Below are positions 56,280 to 57,934 of a stretch of 57,934 nucleotides of DNA, piece after piece. The position numbers and the translations under genes were made by a program. The notes below the pieces were generated by a model, which ran no database searches, was not told the DNA's origin, and saw nothing but the letters and a program-made list of their open reading frames with translations. Each line of letters begins with the position of its first letter. Position 1 is the first letter of the stretch. The DNA is from Dehalococcoidia bacterium. Its GTDB lineage: Bacteria > Chloroflexota > Dehalococcoidia > GIF9 > UBA5629. The DNA is taken from NCBI GenBank assembly GCA_028716085.1, contig JAQUQM010000002.1, positions 1-57,934 of the forward strand, in the 5' to 3' direction.

Positions 56280-57773
56280 TTACTGCAAATTGGCCAGGGC
56301 AGCCGGCTTGTCATTATCAACCGGCTTCCCACGATTAAATAAATGGTCTATAAACACTGCACTCAAGATAATATAAGCCAGGCTGCCTGGCAAGAGGCTT
56401 TTGCCAACACCTGACACAAAACAAACAATATGGACTGCAGACAGATAGACCACTGGAGTAATAATTAAGACAACTTTGCGCCAATCTTTGCGAAGAACCC
56501 ATATACCTCCTACACTAAAAAGTACAGGGAAAACGACAAATACCGCAGCCAGACTCCAATAAAACGCCTGATAAGGGTAGGAAATTACAGTTTGAAGAAA
56601 CGTACCATTTCCCCACGCAGATAGAAAGTTTGCCCACGTCACCTGACGCCCTTCGCATTCATACCAGTTCTGATAATCCGGGCAAAGCGGTTGTATCCCG
56701 AGGCCATTATAGTAGAAAAGAGTGCGCGGCAACCTCAGAAGCAATGCTTTTAACCACCACAGAGGGTGTTCAGTGATAGTGGTTATCACCTTATCCTTAA
56801 ATACCAAATCATATTCCGGAGTTCCAAACTTGACATCGTATCCAAGTTCTTTTTTTGCTAATTCCCATGCATAAGCCTCATTAAATATCGCTCCTGCCGG
56901 ATTATCTTGAAACTCACCGAATCCTACCCAGATACCAGCCCATGTCCCAACGCGCATGTTGGGGCTTAATACGCCTGTCACGTAGTAGTTTCTGACAATC
57001 CAGGGAACAGTCATTACCATGACAACAAGCATCATAGCCGCAGTGATTTTGATCGTATTAGCTAATTGATGTCCAATTTCACGTTTGCGCAGCTTGTAAA
57101 TCAGGAGGGCAAGGCCGTAAAGGCAGGGGAGAAACAAGGCTGTTGGCTGAAAATAGCAGCTCACTCCTATAAATAAAGACGATAACAGATAGAAAACCAA
57201 CTTGTCATGCAGTACACCTTTAATAAAGAAATATAATGAAACCAGGATAAAAAACGGCATTAAAGCGTCATGAATGACAAATGTAGACAGGGTAGCTATA
57301 GGAAGGAATACCGCATATGTGAATGATGCTATCAATCCAACTCTTTTGGAAAAGAGCTGTCTGCATAACAGGAAAATAATCAAGCAGCCAAATGAATCAA
57401 GGATAGCTTGAAGTATACGTGTATAAATATATCTGTATTCGCCGGATAATGAAAAAGTTAATGCGACAAGGGAGCTTGTTCCGGGTGGTAATCCATAATA
57501 CGGTGTAAAATTTTCTTTGTCTGGCGGTGGAACGTCCTCCATTTCGACGAGGCGATTAGTCTTATACATCCGGTCTATGATAGTTGCTAGATACTCGTCA
57601 TCAACTACATACCCCCGCCCTGCGGACAAATTTCTGGCAGCTTCGCCTATCTGGTAGGTTAATCCTATTTCCGGAGAATTACGTGTATAGTAAATAATAC
57701 CTACACGTATAAAGAGAGCTATAAAATATACTATACAAAGAAAAATCGTTATAGACCGATTGCTTTTCAGCAT
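56280..57773 (-). CDS. GT-C fold membrane glycosyltransferase (ArnT/PMT_2, GT39/GT83-like)
   Basis: 497 aa polytopic membrane protein. First extracytoplasmic loop contains the acidic VVDDEY motif. The architecture (about 11-13 TM plus loops) resembles polyprenol-phosphate-sugar dependent glycosyltransferases. Strong RBS aggagg. The call rests on topology and motif only. Confidence 0.55.
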   Translation of the reverse strand: MLKSNRSITIFLCIVYFIALFIRVGIIYYTRNSPEIGLTYQIGEAARNLSAGRGYVVDDEYLATIIDRMYKTNRLVEMEDVPPPDKENFTPYYGLPPGTSSLVALTFSLSGEYRYIYTRILQAILDSFGCLIIFLLCRQLFSKRVGLIASFTYAVFLPIATLSTFVIHDALMPFFILVSLYFFIKGVLHDKLVFYLLSSLFIGVSCYFQPTALFLPCLYGLALLIYKLRKREIGHQLANTIKITAAMMLVVMVMTVPWIVRNYYVTGVLSPNMRVGTWAGIWVGFGEFQDNPAGAIFNEAYAWELAKKELGYDVKFGTPEYDLVFKDKVITTITEHPLWWLKALLLRLPRTLFYYNGLGIQPLCPDYQNWYECEGRQVTWANFLSAWGNGTFLQTVISYPYQAFYWSLAAVFVVFPVLFSVGGIWVLRKDWRKVVLIITPVVYLSAVHIVCFVSGVGKSLLPGSLAYIILSAVFIDHLFNRGKPVDNDKPAALANLQ

Positions 57774-57934
57774 ATAGCCTCCTCAATTTTGTCCCTTAGT
57801 ACAAGCATGATAAAGGTTTTTAATGCCCTTCAAAGTATCGAAAGTAGTTTCTTAATTGTTTTCGAATTCCCTGTTGCTATTTGCCCGATTTTATCAAGCG
57901 AGAATCATTGTGATGATTTGCTTTCATATTCAAT

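Noticed and set aside
57774-57934. A possible additional gene fragment at the right edge of the window.
   Set aside because: All frames on both strands are interrupted by stops within this 160-bp AT-rich stretch. It is most simply the promoter/RBS region (aggagg at about 57778-57783) of the GT-C gene.
1-57934. A search for mobile elements, integrases, toxin-antitoxin pairs, restriction-modification or other defence systems, tRNA/rRNA genes and CRISPR arrays.
   Set aside because: No ORF shows transposase (DDE), recombinase (RHRY or serine), nuclease/methylase or Cas signatures. No cloverleaf-like or rRNA-like sequences were seen in the intergenic regions, and no short interspaced repeats are present.

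Overview
This 58 kb window is bacterial: it has Shine-Dalgarno sites, rho-independent terminators, NarL-type regulators and a cobalamin riboswitch. A Chloroflexota/Dehalococcoidia-like source is only a guess from gene content. I see four blocks. (1) 1-9.2 kb is housekeeping and regulatory: the tail of a histidine kinase, a NarL-type regulator, a hydrolase, an orphan receiver, an acyl-CoA ligase, a crotonase, adenine deaminase, hpt, and a MoxR-class AAA+ gene paired with a VWA gene. (2) 9.3-17.1 kb holds two large membrane-anchored surface proteins (a BNR/propeller type and an Ig-like type with a proline-rich cytoplasmic tail) and a PAS-rich hybrid histidine kinase. (3) 17.1-26.7 kb is a 10-gene minus-strand corrinoid uptake, salvage and nucleotide-loop operon (btuFCD-cbiB-cobD-cobQ-cobO-cobT-cobS-cobU) behind a promoter, a B12 riboswitch and an attenuator terminator. 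(4) 26.8-57.8 kb is a more AT-rich protein-glycosylation and surface-glycan island, and it is the most interesting part. It opens with two tandem STT3/AglB-type oligosaccharyltransferase paralogs carrying the literal WWDYG motif, one of them extended by a five-fold FG-GAP/VCBS-like repeat module. It continues with GT4, GT2 and GT-C glycosyltransferases, a Wzx-like flippase, a UPF0104 flippase-like protein, two FkbM methyltransferases, two GDP-mannose 4,6-dehydratase paralogs, an RfbB-like dehydratase, an AsnB-like amidotransferase with WbqC, an SGNH hydrolase, a hexapeptide acetyltransferase and three radical SAM/SPASM enzymes (one with the SPASM-like Cys module N-terminal to the core). In the middle sits a 1805-aa secreted peptidase C25 (gingipain)-like protein. 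It is rich in N-x-S/T sequons and contains 2.4 copies of a nearly perfect 1053-bp tandem repeat. I found no transposases, integrases, CRISPR arrays, tRNAs or rRNAs. All calls rest on motif reading of the supplied translations and the sequence; no database search was possible.
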